IMG/VR virus record: IMGVR_UViG_3300029813_000255
Coordinates: 16,612 to 80,611 of that record
Origin: a virus
Direction: 5' to 3' (one strand)
Length of the DNA: 64,000 bases
A model generated the notes under the pieces. The model ran no database searches. It was not told the origin of the DNA and saw nothing but the letters and a program-made list of their open reading frames with translations. This document shows, in pieces, positions 51,096 through 61,279 of this stretch (within the stretch, counting starts at the first letter, position 1; every line of letters begins with the position of its first letter). A program made the translations under genes and the position numbers.

Positions 51096-52238
51096 ATGAA
51101 TAAGATAAATTTATTCTCATGGCAATCACAAGCCATAAAAAATTGGATAAAAAATAAAGGACAGGGTTATATTGAAGCACCAACCGGAGCAGGAAAGACT
51201 TACTTGGGTCTGAAACTAATACAAAAAGAGTATTTATCGCCTTTTCTTATTATAGTGCCAACGATTGAGCTAAAAAACCAGTGGAAACAACGAATAAAGA
51301 AGTATTTTACAGATGCAGTTGTACGGGGGATTGGAGGAGGCGAAAAATATGTAGGTTTTACTAATACTCTTGATCCTTCACAGCAGAAGGTTATAGTAGC
51401 AGTCATAAATTCGATAAGGCAGGATCAGTTCAAGACAAAAACACTTATCCTTGACGAGATTCACCATTACACGCTTTTGGCAAGAGTAAACTATCAAATA
51501 TGGAATAATATTGAATATAAGTATGTCATGGGTCTTAGTGCCACTCCTATACCTGATAGACTTAGCGAAGAGGAGTCAGGGTGGGATATACCTTTAGTAT
51601 TTCAATATACTCTTTCAGATGCTTACAAAGATCATGTGCTTTTAAAGCCAGAGATAGCAATGAAAGGACTTGACTTAGAAGACTATGAGCTAAATGAATA
51701 TAATGAACTTACAGAGAAGATAAAGGATTTTGACAACTTTGCTGACTTTCAAAATACACCGCCTTGGTTTAAGCGAGTTGTAGGAATGAGAAATGAAATA
51801 CTGTTTGACTCAAAGAAGAAGTTAGAAGTATTGGAAGAAATTTTAAGTTCCAACGACTTTAAGAAGGCGATAGTCTTTACAGAAAGGATTGATACAGCGG
51901 AAGAAATATCAAACAAAATAATACACGAATTAGGGATCGAATGTTTATGTCTTCACAGTAAGGTCAAGAAAGGAATACGTAGAGAAGCGGTAGATAGATT
52001 TGTCAATACAGATTATCCTATTGTTTTGACTACAGCGCATCTCTTTGAAGAGGGAATGGATATACCAGAAGTGGACTTAGTTATTCTTTATTCGTACAGT
52101 TCTACGAAGCGACAGGCGATACAGAGGATTGGGCGTGCTTTACACAATCATAGTAACGTACCAAAGATTTATATATTGTTTTATAAGGACACAAAGGAAT
52201 CTTTTAATGCAAGAAAGATTAGAGGATTGTTTGAATGA
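51096..52238 (+). CDS. XPB/Rad25-like SF2 helicase
   Basis: APTGAGKT, LDEIHH, GLSATP, EGMDIP, QRIGR. Confidence 0.92.
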   Translation: MNKINLFSWQSQAIKNWIKNKGQGYIEAPTGAGKTYLGLKLIQKEYLSPFLIIVPTIELKNQWKQRIKKYFTDAVVRGIGGGEKYVGFTNTLDPSQQKVIVAVINSIRQDQFKTKTLILDEIHHYTLLARVNYQIWNNIEYKYVMGLSATPIPDRLSEEESGWDIPLVFQYTLSDAYKDHVLLKPEIAMKGLDLEDYELNEYNELTEKIKDFDNFADFQNTPPWFKRVVGMRNEILFDSKKKLEVLEEILSSNDFKKAIVFTERIDTAEEISNKIIHELGIECLCLHSKVKKGIRREAVDRFVNTDYPIVLTTAHLFEEGMDIPEVDLVILYSYSSTKRQAIQRIGRALHNHSNVPKIYILFYKDTKESFNARKIRGLFE

Positions 52239-52432
52239 AAACAAGAGAATTTTATCAGATATATGTAGATGGAGAATGGAAAGAGGACGTAGAGACAGAA
52301 GAGGAAGTAAAAGAGAAGATTGAATACTGGATTAATCATAATAATTATCTTGAAGATGAATTGTTGGATACAGTATTTGAAGCAGTTGTAAGTACTATAA
52401 CAATAAAATTCGCTGTAAAAGAGGTTGTTTGA

Positions 52433-52642
52433 ATGACCGAAAATATGGAATATATTAGGAAAAGGTATAAAGTGCCTGCAAAACGTGGGATGAAGGTTAT
52501 AGCTCAGGGACACAATGGAATAATTGTAGGAGCGAGAAATGGATATTTACGGATTAGAATAGAAGGTGAAAAAAATATTTTGTCATTTCATCCGACATGG
52601 GAAATGGAATATTTGGAAGACGAATGGAAGATAGGAGTTTAA
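52433..52642 (+). CDS. Small SH3-like hypothetical protein
   Basis: YKVPAKRGMKV..GIIVG..YLRIRI..FHPTW. Confidence 0.55.
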   Translation: MTENMEYIRKRYKVPAKRGMKVIAQGHNGIIVGARNGYLRIRIEGEKNILSFHPTWEMEYLEDEWKIGV

Positions 52643-53023
52643 TAATGTCCGGATACGAAGAACTAACAGCAGAACAGATAATGCTTTTAGCTAAAATGGT
52701 ATTATCTGGTGTTATTGTGATTATGTTAAGTAGGGTGATCCCAGCGATATTGGAATATAAGAGTATGAGGTTACTCGAAGTGAAGATAATATCTAAGTCG
52801 TGTAGTGAGAGTAACGATGAAACGAGTACCTACAAAAAGGTTTTAGATTGGGTTCAAAAAAGGATGAGACCAAAGAATAGTTATAATCCTTATGTTCCCA
52901 ATAATAAAGAACTGGTAAGAGAACTGAAATGAGAAGTCTTGGTAAGTTAAAGGCATGGATAAACGAAAACAGTGTTGAAGTACATGGTATCAAAGTAATC
53001 TCTGTAGCTTCAGTAATAAAGAA

Positions 53024-53059
53024 GATTGAAGAGATTGAAGAGATTGAAGAGATTGAAGA
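53024..53059 (+). repeat. 9-bp tandem repeat GATTGAAGA x4 (IEE repeats in a small ORF)
   Basis: Direct reading. Confidence 0.9.
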
Positions 53060-55210
53060 GGGTTAAAAAATGATTTCGATAGACAGACTACATAAACGGG
53101 TACAATTGAATACTTATCTGTTTACGATAGAAAATTATTATGCTTATTGGAAGCAAAGCATCCGACCAGATGAAACACTGGTTAATATTGGAAGCTTTTA
53201 TTGGCGAGAACGCCATTGTAATGGATGGAATGAGTTTCTTAAAAAAAGGATTATAAAAATGAGTAAAAACCATTAACACATATAACCAATATGGATAACA
53301 ACATAACTTTTAATAGACCAATGCTTAAAGTTTTCTTTGAGTGAACGAAACTCTTAAATATCCCCCTACTATTGTATTAACATGGAAACACCTGAGAAGC
53401 GCGGTACTCCCGCGCAGGGAAGCACCAGAAATGATGTAGATTTGAATTGGGAATTTTTGAAACATATACAAGAAGCAAGAGGTGAACAATAAAATGAGCA
53501 AACAAATACAATTAATTGGATTAGCGTTCTTGCTTACGATATTTGGTACTGTATGGGGTTATGTGCTTGCAGAGATGTATATGGGGATTCAGTTGTTAAT
53601 GTCAGAAATGGGTTTTGTATTGGATATTGCAGGAGGTTTGTTATAATGGTACGAACAAGTCACGATGAGATAATAGAGAAGCTCAGAGCTACACCACTTT
53701 GGCAGGCAATAAGTAATGACGATATGGAGTTGGCTAAAAGATTGATAGATGAGGAGGGACAAAAGTAATGACTTATAACACAAAACATCCAGAATTAGAA
53801 GATGGCGAGATGTTTCTTAGCAATATGCTTAAAGCTGAATATTACAGAGTAAGATGGAACACTAAGAGAAGAGGTAGCGTAGCATATAACGAGAACGGAA
53901 ATATTATAAAAGGGTACGTTCCGGTGTTTGTACAAAAACAAGAGTATGATGAAAGGATGAGGAGGTATAAAGCGCAATGACATTACTCCAAGACTTAATC
54001 ATAAAACGAGAAGCATTGATTAGAGAAGCATCAGACATAGAAGATAGAATAGAATACATTGTCAAACGCGGAGATGAGTTTGATATAGATGTGTTTTGTC
54101 AAACGGATAGAGGGGAAGAAGTCAAATGAGCGAAATAAATAAGAAGCTACGTGCAATAGAAGGAAAATGTGTAAGATGCCACAAAGTTTGGAATCTTACT
54201 CTTTTACGCGAACGAAATGATTGTGTCCCTGGTAAATGTCCTCTTTGCAACGGAATGTTGGAGCCTGTTGGATATATGGAAGTGAGCAAATAATGTACGA
54301 CCATAAACTCAAATTCAAAACAAAATTGGAAACTTACATAGATACCAAAGCATCCACAAAGACAGAAAAAAGAGAATACATCAAGAAGCTGTTGCGTGAC
54401 AAAGAATACAGTCAACAATTATTGTACACGAAAGCGATTAACAGGGAGATTGAAATTGAAGTGCTGCGAGAGATGTTGTTGGAGGACGTGAAATGATAAA
54501 GGAGAAGTAGAATGGTAATAGAAAAGTTTTTACGTCTGTTAGGAATCCATAAATGCCATTGGTGTAAGAAATATATATTACCTTGGGAAGATTTTTGTGG
54601 ATACATACATCAGGAAATGATACCTGATGGGAAACCACATACTATACATGCTAAATGGATTACGCATGTTGGTAAATGTACAGAAGAGGACATCAAACAT
54701 AACAGAGGAACAGTAAAATGATATACACAATAAAGATGTGTGCTGTCAAAGGCGGTACACTACGTTCATGGTGACATAAATGAGTATGGGAATAGAATTT
54801 TATATTAATGGTAGTACATGGTACGGTCCACCGTGGTATAGTTTCCTAATTATGGTTTTTATTTTTTTAATCATAATTTTTGGATCAGGATTTATGGCTA
54901 AATTAGTAATTAGTTTTTTACGCGAGAGAAAAGATAGAATACGGGAAGAAAAAAAAATCTAAATGAACAAAATAAAAGACAAGATCGAAATGCTGATGGA
55001 AAGTGATACGATACCTGACATACTCATATTTTTAGCGTTAATTTCTACTTTTGTGAATCTACTTGTTTTTGCATACCTTATATCATTTTTATATCCATGA
55101 ATAAAAAGGGGACGGTTTCTTTACATAATGAAAGAGCAATTCTTAAAAGCTTTATATAGAAAGAAAGGTATCATATTTACTATTATCAAAAGAAAGGAGG
55201 GTTATGAAAA

Positions 55211-55822
55211 ATGAGAGTATTATTGTATGCAAGAGTAAGTACAGATGAACAGAAAACAAACGAAGATCAAATTGCTGAATTAAGAAAATATTGTGAACTG
55301 TATAAGCACGAAATTTTGATTGAATATCAAGATAAAGAAAGTGGACTGACAACAGAAAGGAAAGAATTACAGCGGATGTTATCGAATATTAAGGAAAATG
55401 CAAGCGGAATAGATGGTGTGTTGGTGTGGAGATTTGATAGATTGAGCAGAAGTTTAATGGATTTGAACAATATCGCGAAATTTTTAAACGAGCACGGTTT
55501 GCAACTAATCTCGATGCACGAGCAAATTGATACCAGTAAACCGGAAGGGAAGTTATTATTTAATCTGTTGGGATCTATTGCTGAGTTTGAAATTGAGACT
55601 ATTAAAGTAAGGACAGAATTGGGATTGAAACGTGCGAAACGAGAAGGTAAATTATGCCACCGCCCGCGTAAAGAGATAGATGTGGAATTTGTAAAGAAGA
55701 AGTTGGAGCAGAATAATTTGACTGAAGTAGCAAACATGTTGAAAATGACTCGTGTTACACTTAAGAAGAGATTAACAGAAGCAGGTGTTGAATTACAACG
55801 AGGTGCAAAAATAGTAAAATGA
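55211..55822 (+). CDS. Small serine recombinase (resolvase/invertase)
   Basis: YARVST catalytic Ser, DRLSRS, IAEFE, C-terminal HTH. Confidence 0.93.
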   Translation: MRVLLYARVSTDEQKTNEDQIAELRKYCELYKHEILIEYQDKESGLTTERKELQRMLSNIKENASGIDGVLVWRFDRLSRSLMDLNNIAKFLNEHGLQLISMHEQIDTSKPEGKLLFNLLGSIAEFEIETIKVRTELGLKRAKREGKLCHRPRKEIDVEFVKKKLEQNNLTEVANMLKMTRVTLKKRLTEAGVELQRGAKIVK

Positions 55823-56145
55823 CTACACATAAGAATACTTGGAAAGGTTTAGAACGTAGAATATGTGAGAAATGTTTTGGAGGTCGCAGAACGCCTCTTA
55901 GTGGCAGTAATTCGCAGCACGGAACTTCTGCTGATTGTATTGAAGTAAGTCCAGAATTTCAGAAGTTTTACTTTGAGATACGTATGAGACAGAATTTTGC
56001 ACATCATACCATGTTCAAAGATGATGTCGAAGCACCAGCAAATAAAGAGGATAAGATACCTGTGCTGATTACGCATAGGAAACACGAAAAAGGGGCTTTA
56101 GTGATTTTGAGAATGGATGACTTTCTGGAGTTGATAAAAAAATGA
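55819..56145 (+). CDS. PD-(D/E)xK Holliday-junction-resolvase-like protein
   Basis: WKGLERRI, RTPLSG, ADC, FEIR, KIPVL, DDFL. Confidence 0.65.
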   Translation: MTTHKNTWKGLERRICEKCFGGRRTPLSGSNSQHGTSADCIEVSPEFQKFYFEIRMRQNFAHHTMFKDDVEAPANKEDKIPVLITHRKHEKGALVILRMDDFLELIKK

Positions 56146-57509
56146 AACATAAAATAATATGCGGGGACGCAATAGAAGAAATGAAGAAGCTGTCTGAGAA
56201 CAGTATTGATGCTTGTGTTACTGACCCACCTTATAATTTAACGTCTGTTACGAAACGCTTTCAACATTCTAATAGAGAAAACGAAAAATATGCTACGAAC
56301 GCTGAACATGGTTATGGGAGAATGTTAAGAGCCAGTATGGGCGGGTTTATGGGTAAAGAATGGGATGGTACTGGTATTTCGTTTGATGTAAAGTTGTGGG
56401 AAGAAGTATATCGTGTGTTAAAACCAGGTGCTCACATCTTAGTTTTCGGCGGTACACGCACTTATCATAGAATGGTATGTGCTGTAGAGGATGCTGGATT
56501 TGAATGTAGAGATATGATTAATTGGGTGTACGGAAGCGGTTTTCCGAAATCGTTAGATATTGCTAAGAGTTTAGACAAGATAAATGGTAAAGAGCGAGAA
56601 GAGTTTGAAAATCCATTAAAAGCAAAACAAACTTCATCGCACGGTAAGACGATAGCATTAAACGCAAAAAATGGTGTTGGTATAATATCTCCGATTCCTG
56701 TATCAGAAGAAGCAATCCAATGGTCAGGATGGGGTTCAAATTTAAAACCGAGTCACGAACCAATTTTGCTTGCACGCAAACCAATAAGCGAGCGTAACAT
56801 AGCGAGCAACGTGCTTAGGTGGGGTGTCGGGGGAATTAATGTGGATGGATGCCGCATACCTTTTCAAGGCAAAAAAGATATAGGAGATGTGAATAGATTT
56901 ACTGGTTTAAAACCATATTCAGTAGAGAAGGGATGGAATAATAATAATTTAATAGTAAATGAATATGATGCAAGTAAAGGGCGTTTCCCTTCAAACATGA
57001 TACTTAGCTGCTCCTGCAAAGATGATGAGCTTGTAGAAGGTAAAGTAGGCAAACCTAAAATCAGACACCACCTTTCTGGTATCGAAAGAATAAACATAGA
57101 AAGTGCTAATTTTAAACGCATAAATTCAATGGATTACAATGATAAAGGAACAATCCACACCAACCCGAACTGCGTGTGCAGAATGTTGGATGAGCAGAGT
57201 GGAGATTTGAATCGTACAAAACAACGTAATTATACTTATGAAAACAAAGGAGGATGGAAACAAACGAGTAAAGTTAAAAATTTGATAGATTATGGTGATA
57301 AGGGGGGCTGTAGCAGATTTTTCTACCAAGCAAAAGCATCACAAGCCGAAAGATGGTTCTACTGCACGATTTGTAAACAAGCATATCCAATGAAAGAAAG
57401 AGACAAGCATATATACGAGAGATACGAATTGAAGGAAAGTACACCACAAAATATAAAAGAGGAAATAGAAAAACATTTAAATACCAGTAAAGCTAATAGT
57501 ATATTATGA
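56142..57509 (+). CDS. Beta-class DNA methyltransferase, N-terminal (catalytic) fragment
   Basis: TDPPYN, VYRVLKPG, WVYGSGFPKS, LKPSHEPI, GRFPSN, SRFFYQAKAS; lacks motifs X and I. Confidence 0.88.
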   Translation: MKHKIICGDAIEEMKKLSENSIDACVTDPPYNLTSVTKRFQHSNRENEKYATNAEHGYGRMLRASMGGFMGKEWDGTGISFDVKLWEEVYRVLKPGAHILVFGGTRTYHRMVCAVEDAGFECRDMINWVYGSGFPKSLDIAKSLDKINGKEREEFENPLKAKQTSSHGKTIALNAKNGVGIISPIPVSEEAIQWSGWGSNLKPSHEPILLARKPISERNIASNVLRWGVGGINVDGCRIPFQGKKDIGDVNRFTGLKPYSVEKGWNNNNLIVNEYDASKGRFPSNMILSCSCKDDELVEGKVGKPKIRHHLSGIERINIESANFKRINSMDYNDKGTIHTNPNCVCRMLDEQSGDLNRTKQRNYTYENKGGWKQTSKVKNLIDYGDKGGCSRFFYQAKASQAERWFYCTICKQAYPMKERDKHIYERYELKESTPQNIKEEIEKHLNTSKANSIL

Positions 57510-58282
57510 GTCATAATCAATATAAAATCAGGACTTTCATTTGCGTAGGATGCGGAATACGCGTTACAAAGAGAGTTCCAAAAAATAGAAAATATTGCTG
57601 CCATGAATGTTATTTACATTCAAAACATCCAAATCGAAAAACAGGAAAGATAGTTAAATGTGATTGGTGTGGAAAAGAAATCTATAAGTGTAAAAGCGCA
57701 TTAAAACATTCTAAAAATTATTTTTGCAATCTTGAATGTGCTAATAAATATCAATCAAGGAATAAGGATAAATATATTTGTAAAACTTGCGGTAACGTTT
57801 TTTATCGCTCTCCATATTGGAAGTCACATGGATACATTCTTAAATATTGTTCAATGAAATGTAGAAATAATAGCAAAGACTGGCATAAAGTTTGCATTAA
57901 TGGGAATCTTATTCAACAGAAAAAGAAAGGGCTAAATGCAATAGAATTGAAAGGGAGAGCAATACTTCAAGAGGCGGGACTTGAATTAGAAAAAGATTTT
58001 ATGGAACAGACACTAATAAACAAAAAATTTTTAGTAGATATTTTTATCCCAAAATATAAGTTAGTGATACAATGGGACGGGGATTATTGGCACTGTCATC
58101 CAAAGTTTAAGAATCCTGATAAAAGACAAATAAAGAGGAGAGAACTCGACAAATCGCAAGATAAATATCTTAAAAAGTGTGGTTTTACCGTGTTACGATT
58201 TTGGGAATTTGAGATAAAGAGGGAGGTGAAAGGAATTGATTATATCAAAAGAACAATACAAAAAGTTACCGGAGAAACATAA
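57506..58282 (+). mobile_element. DUF559/Vsr-like homing endonuclease with Cys-rich repeats, inserted in the MTase gene
   Basis: CxxC/YCSxxC repeats; VDIFIP, WDGDYWH, DKSQD, VLRFWE; overlaps both MTase halves. Confidence 0.85.
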
Positions 58283-58577
58283 ACAATATTTTAGAAACAT
58301 AAAGGAAAAAGATACTCTTATATTCCATCCCACAGTTAAACCAGAATCTTTAATTTCCTATCTTGTTAGGCTTGTAACACCACCAAACGGTACGGTGTTA
58401 GACCTGTTTATGGGTACGGGTACAACTTTAGTAGCAGCGGAAAAAGAAGGCTTCAATTCGATTAGTATTGATAGCAATTTAGAATATTGTGAAATTGCAG
58501 AAAGAAGATTAGGTGATGTAACAAGACAAGGAAAAATAGACAGAGAACATTCAACAATTGAAAGAGTGGGGTTTTAA
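58236..58577 (+). CDS. DNA methyltransferase C-terminal (SAM-binding) fragment
   Basis: HPTVKP (motif X), VLDLFMGTGTT (motif I); TTG start with GGAGGTGA SD at 58222-58229. Confidence 0.88.
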   Translation: MIISKEQYKKLPEKHKQYFRNIKEKDTLIFHPTVKPESLISYLVRLVTPPNGTVLDLFMGTGTTLVAAEKEGFNSISIDSNLEYCEIAERRLGDVTRQGKIDREHSTIERVGF

Positions 58578-58689
58578 AGTGAAAACACAGCAGATGACAA
58601 ACACTTGTTACCCAAAGTACTAACAGGACTTAAACTTTTTTTATAGCTATCGAAAGTCTTAAATACTCTCGTGATATATGTATATTCAG

Positions 58690-59197
58690 TGAGGACGGGT
58701 GGGGAAAACACCTGATCTGAGTAGAAGGGGAAACCCGGAAACAGCATGTTATGCTCATATGAATCTTTTTTCCTGGGACCTGAAAGCAGGTATCTCATAC
58801 GGAGAAAAAATTCACAAAAAGCAGTTATGCTTATGGCAATGGAAACTTTCTCGCCATCCCGTTACACAGGGCGACAAAACAAAAAGAGAGGGACTGGCAC
58901 GGATGCGTGTCAGTGGAAACAAAAAAGACAAATAATGAAGCCGATGAGGCGGATACATTTGAATCTTTGGAGAAGTATGACTCTAAATGAGCTCAACTCC
59001 TGGAACGCTAACTATTAATGGCTATGGTTTATGGTGGGTTTGGTATAAAAAAAGATCCAAACACAGTTAACTACTAAGGGACATAGCTCAGGAGAAATCA
59101 TGCTTCTTTATTATATTTACATTTTTTCCAAGTAGGTGTGCAAATTCAGATTGGGCTATCTGTTCTCACTACCAGATTTGAAGCATCAAACTTACTT
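58690..59197 (+). ncRNA. Candidate structured non-coding RNA region
   Basis: Downstream of class B promoter 58651; dense hairpins (58698-58712, 58727-58736 GAAA loop, 58778-58791, 58851-58874, 58893-58914, 59126-59201); only weak ORFs. Confidence 0.45.
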
Positions 59198-59265
59198 GGA
59201 AGAATTTTTGGAGGACTTGGCAAACTGCAGTTAAAAGCGAGTAGGTTCGATTCCTACTTCTTCCA
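59198..59265 (+). tRNA. tRNA-like element with shrunken anticodon arm (atypical or pseudo-tRNA)
   Basis: Acceptor GGAAGAA/TTCTTCC-A, D-arm TTTG..CAAA, T-arm GTAGG-TTCGATT-CCTAC; only 16 nt between D and T arms. Confidence 0.55.
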
Positions 59266-59303
59266 TGCAGCTATAAGCTGTTAAATAGGAGTAGTGAGGA
59301 CAA

Positions 59304-59732
59304 ATGGAATTGAATGAAAATCGAAATTTAGGTGGTGTATGGAGAGAAGAGTCTTTTCTAAGTAATCGCGAAGAAGTACCAGAAGAACAACCAAAACGAG
59401 AGAAAATTATTTTCTTTCTTGGCGAACGAAAAGTAGAGCCACAGAATACAGTAATATTTGAGAACGGAACATTTTTTGTGGAGCGTACTGCCGAGTGCTT
59501 AATAGTAAGACCAAAGATAGCGAAGGAGTATCTGAAGCTGGTAAGAGGTAGGAGAATGGTTAAGTTTGAGCGAAAAGCAAAAGATATATTGCTACCTACA
59601 GTAGCAGAGGATTCTGAACAGTGGTTTAAAGAGAAGTATGTAGAGTCAAGTAAGGGAAATCATCAAGGGCGATTTATACGAGAAATCTGGAAGTATAAAA
59701 ACGAAGTTTTCAGCGAGGTGGTGTTAGGATGA
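59304..59732 (+). CDS. Hypothetical protein
   Basis: ORF with SD. Confidence 0.55.
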   Translation: MELNENRNLGGVWREESFLSNREEVPEEQPKREKIIFFLGERKVEPQNTVIFENGTFFVERTAECLIVRPKIAKEYLKLVRGRRMVKFERKAKDILLPTVAEDSEQWFKEKYVESSKGNHQGRFIREIWKYKNEVFSEVVLG

Positions 59733-59831
59733 TAGAAAAAGGAATTGAGACTCAAGCTGATATATCTGATGCTCATATTAGGTATTATGAAGAGTTGGAG
59801 ATGTTTGGGAATTTAGAGCTGGAGGAGCAAG

Positions 59832-60125
59832 ATGAATAATAACAACGGATCAATAAAAGAACTCAAAATATCTGTCCAGAGAGACGGTTCTCAGAAACGA
59901 GTCAGTACGTGGAAATTCTTTCCAAACTTGGGTTTCTGCTTCAGAACGTCTGGTTATAACTGGAAAGATTTTGAGTACGATCAAGCAATGAAAATATGCA
60001 AACGGATTATGAATGCGGCAAAGACTGATCGTAGTATTCAATTGACGGGTACGATGATTGATGAGTTGGAGAAGGAAGATAGAGTGAGTAAGCTGTTTAG
60101 TGGAGAGAAGATAGTTTTGGGGTGA
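59832..60125 (+). CDS. Hypothetical protein
   Basis: ORF with SD. Confidence 0.5.
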   Translation: MNNNNGSIKELKISVQRDGSQKRVSTWKFFPNLGFCFRTSGYNWKDFEYDQAMKICKRIMNAAKTDRSIQLTGTMIDELEKEDRVSKLFSGEKIVLG

Positions 60126-60219
60126 AACGAAAAATTTAGGAGGCGATATGAGAAAAATGGAAAATGTTTGTAATTGGGAGCGAAAAAGGACTAAACTAAA
60201 TAAAAACCGTTCGATAGCG

Positions 60220-61266
60220 ATGTCGAAGAAGATATTGCCCTTGATTATTGCCGCAGTGCTATCTATATCGCTGGCGGGTGTAACGATAGCGGCGGAAGAC
60301 TTTGGCTGTGCCTGTCATTCAGATATTTCTGAGAACTTTACGACTTCTTTGCACTACACCGGCGCGGGAATGATGGGTGAATATGAGCGATACGCGGCAG
60401 GGCATTTCGGAATAGACATGAACGAGTATTATTCAAAGTGGAACTGCTCTAACTGTCATGTCACCACCTGCGAAAAGTGCCATGAAGGTAAGCATGATGC
60501 TTTTAAAGAGATAACCATTGATACGTGTGATAAATGCCACAAAAAGAAGCAGACAGCGACCTTTATTGGAGACATGCCAGCGCATAAGAAAAAAGGACCT
60601 CACGCGGACATCCATTATGAGAAGGGGCTTACGTGTATGGACTGTCATAATGCTGAAGAGCTGCACGGTGATGGAACCCAGTACAGTAGCCAGCTTGAAG
60701 CAGTCACGACAAAGTGTGAAGACTGCCACAACAGTCCTGGAAAGACAGTCAAGGACATGCCCGTAACGCAGTATTCAACCAATATAGTATCACACAAGAT
60801 GCATGAGGATGAACTCGACTGCACAGCTTGCCATTCTGGATGGTCATTAACGTGTAACAACTGCCATATGGATACCCGGAAAGGTACTCAACCAGTGTCT
60901 GACGAGTTTTATCTTGGCGTGGCAGCCGATGGCAAGATAAAACCGTTCATCAAGATGGAGGCTATATATAACGATGAGTCGTACATGGGATATGGCGAGT
61001 GGTTCTCGCATACAGTAACAGATGATGCAAAAGACTGCGTATTCTGCCACGAAAACTCGGAAGTACTCTGTGAAGGTTGTGAAGGCCAAATGCTTGGTAA
61101 AGGTGGTTCGTTCATACCACAAGATACGATAGATAAGGTTTTAGCCGTAAAAATACCAGCGGCAGCGGCAACACCAGCAGCAACACCAACACCACCAGGC
61201 TTTGAGCTGATATTTGCGGTAGTTGCAATCACAGTGGTTGTGTATCTTGCAAAGAGGAGACTTTAG
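60220..61266 (+). CDS. Multiheme cytochrome c (8 CxxCH) with signal peptide and PGF-CTERM anchor
   Basis: CSNCH, CEKCH, CDKCH, CMDCH, CEDCH, CTACH, CNNCH, CVFCH, plus CACH and CEGCE; PPGF + TM + KRR; start moved to MSKKIL. Confidence 0.93.
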   Translation: MSKKILPLIIAAVLSISLAGVTIAAEDFGCACHSDISENFTTSLHYTGAGMMGEYERYAAGHFGIDMNEYYSKWNCSNCHVTTCEKCHEGKHDAFKEITIDTCDKCHKKKQTATFIGDMPAHKKKGPHADIHYEKGLTCMDCHNAEELHGDGTQYSSQLEAVTTKCEDCHNSPGKTVKDMPVTQYSTNIVSHKMHEDELDCTACHSGWSLTCNNCHMDTRKGTQPVSDEFYLGVAADGKIKPFIKMEAIYNDESYMGYGEWFSHTVTDDAKDCVFCHENSEVLCEGCEGQMLGKGGSFIPQDTIDKVLAVKIPAAAATPAATPTPPGFELIFAVVAITVVVYLAKRRL

Positions 61267-61279
61267 TTAAACAATGGCG

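Noticed and set aside
55211-55822. IS607 transposon or integrase
   Set aside because: HTH is C-terminal, no TnpB, no large recombinase domain, no att repeats identified
57340-58330. Split intein or group I intron in the MTase
   Set aside because: No Hint block A/B/G motifs; coding regions overlap with no room for intron structure; the downstream half has its own SD
58705-58765. Hammerhead ribozyme
   Set aside because: CUGANGA core spacing and the stem III/NUH junction do not match
58699-59018. ORFs 58699-58935 and 58746-59018 as proteins
   Set aside because: No SD, atypical composition, overlap a hairpin-dense region
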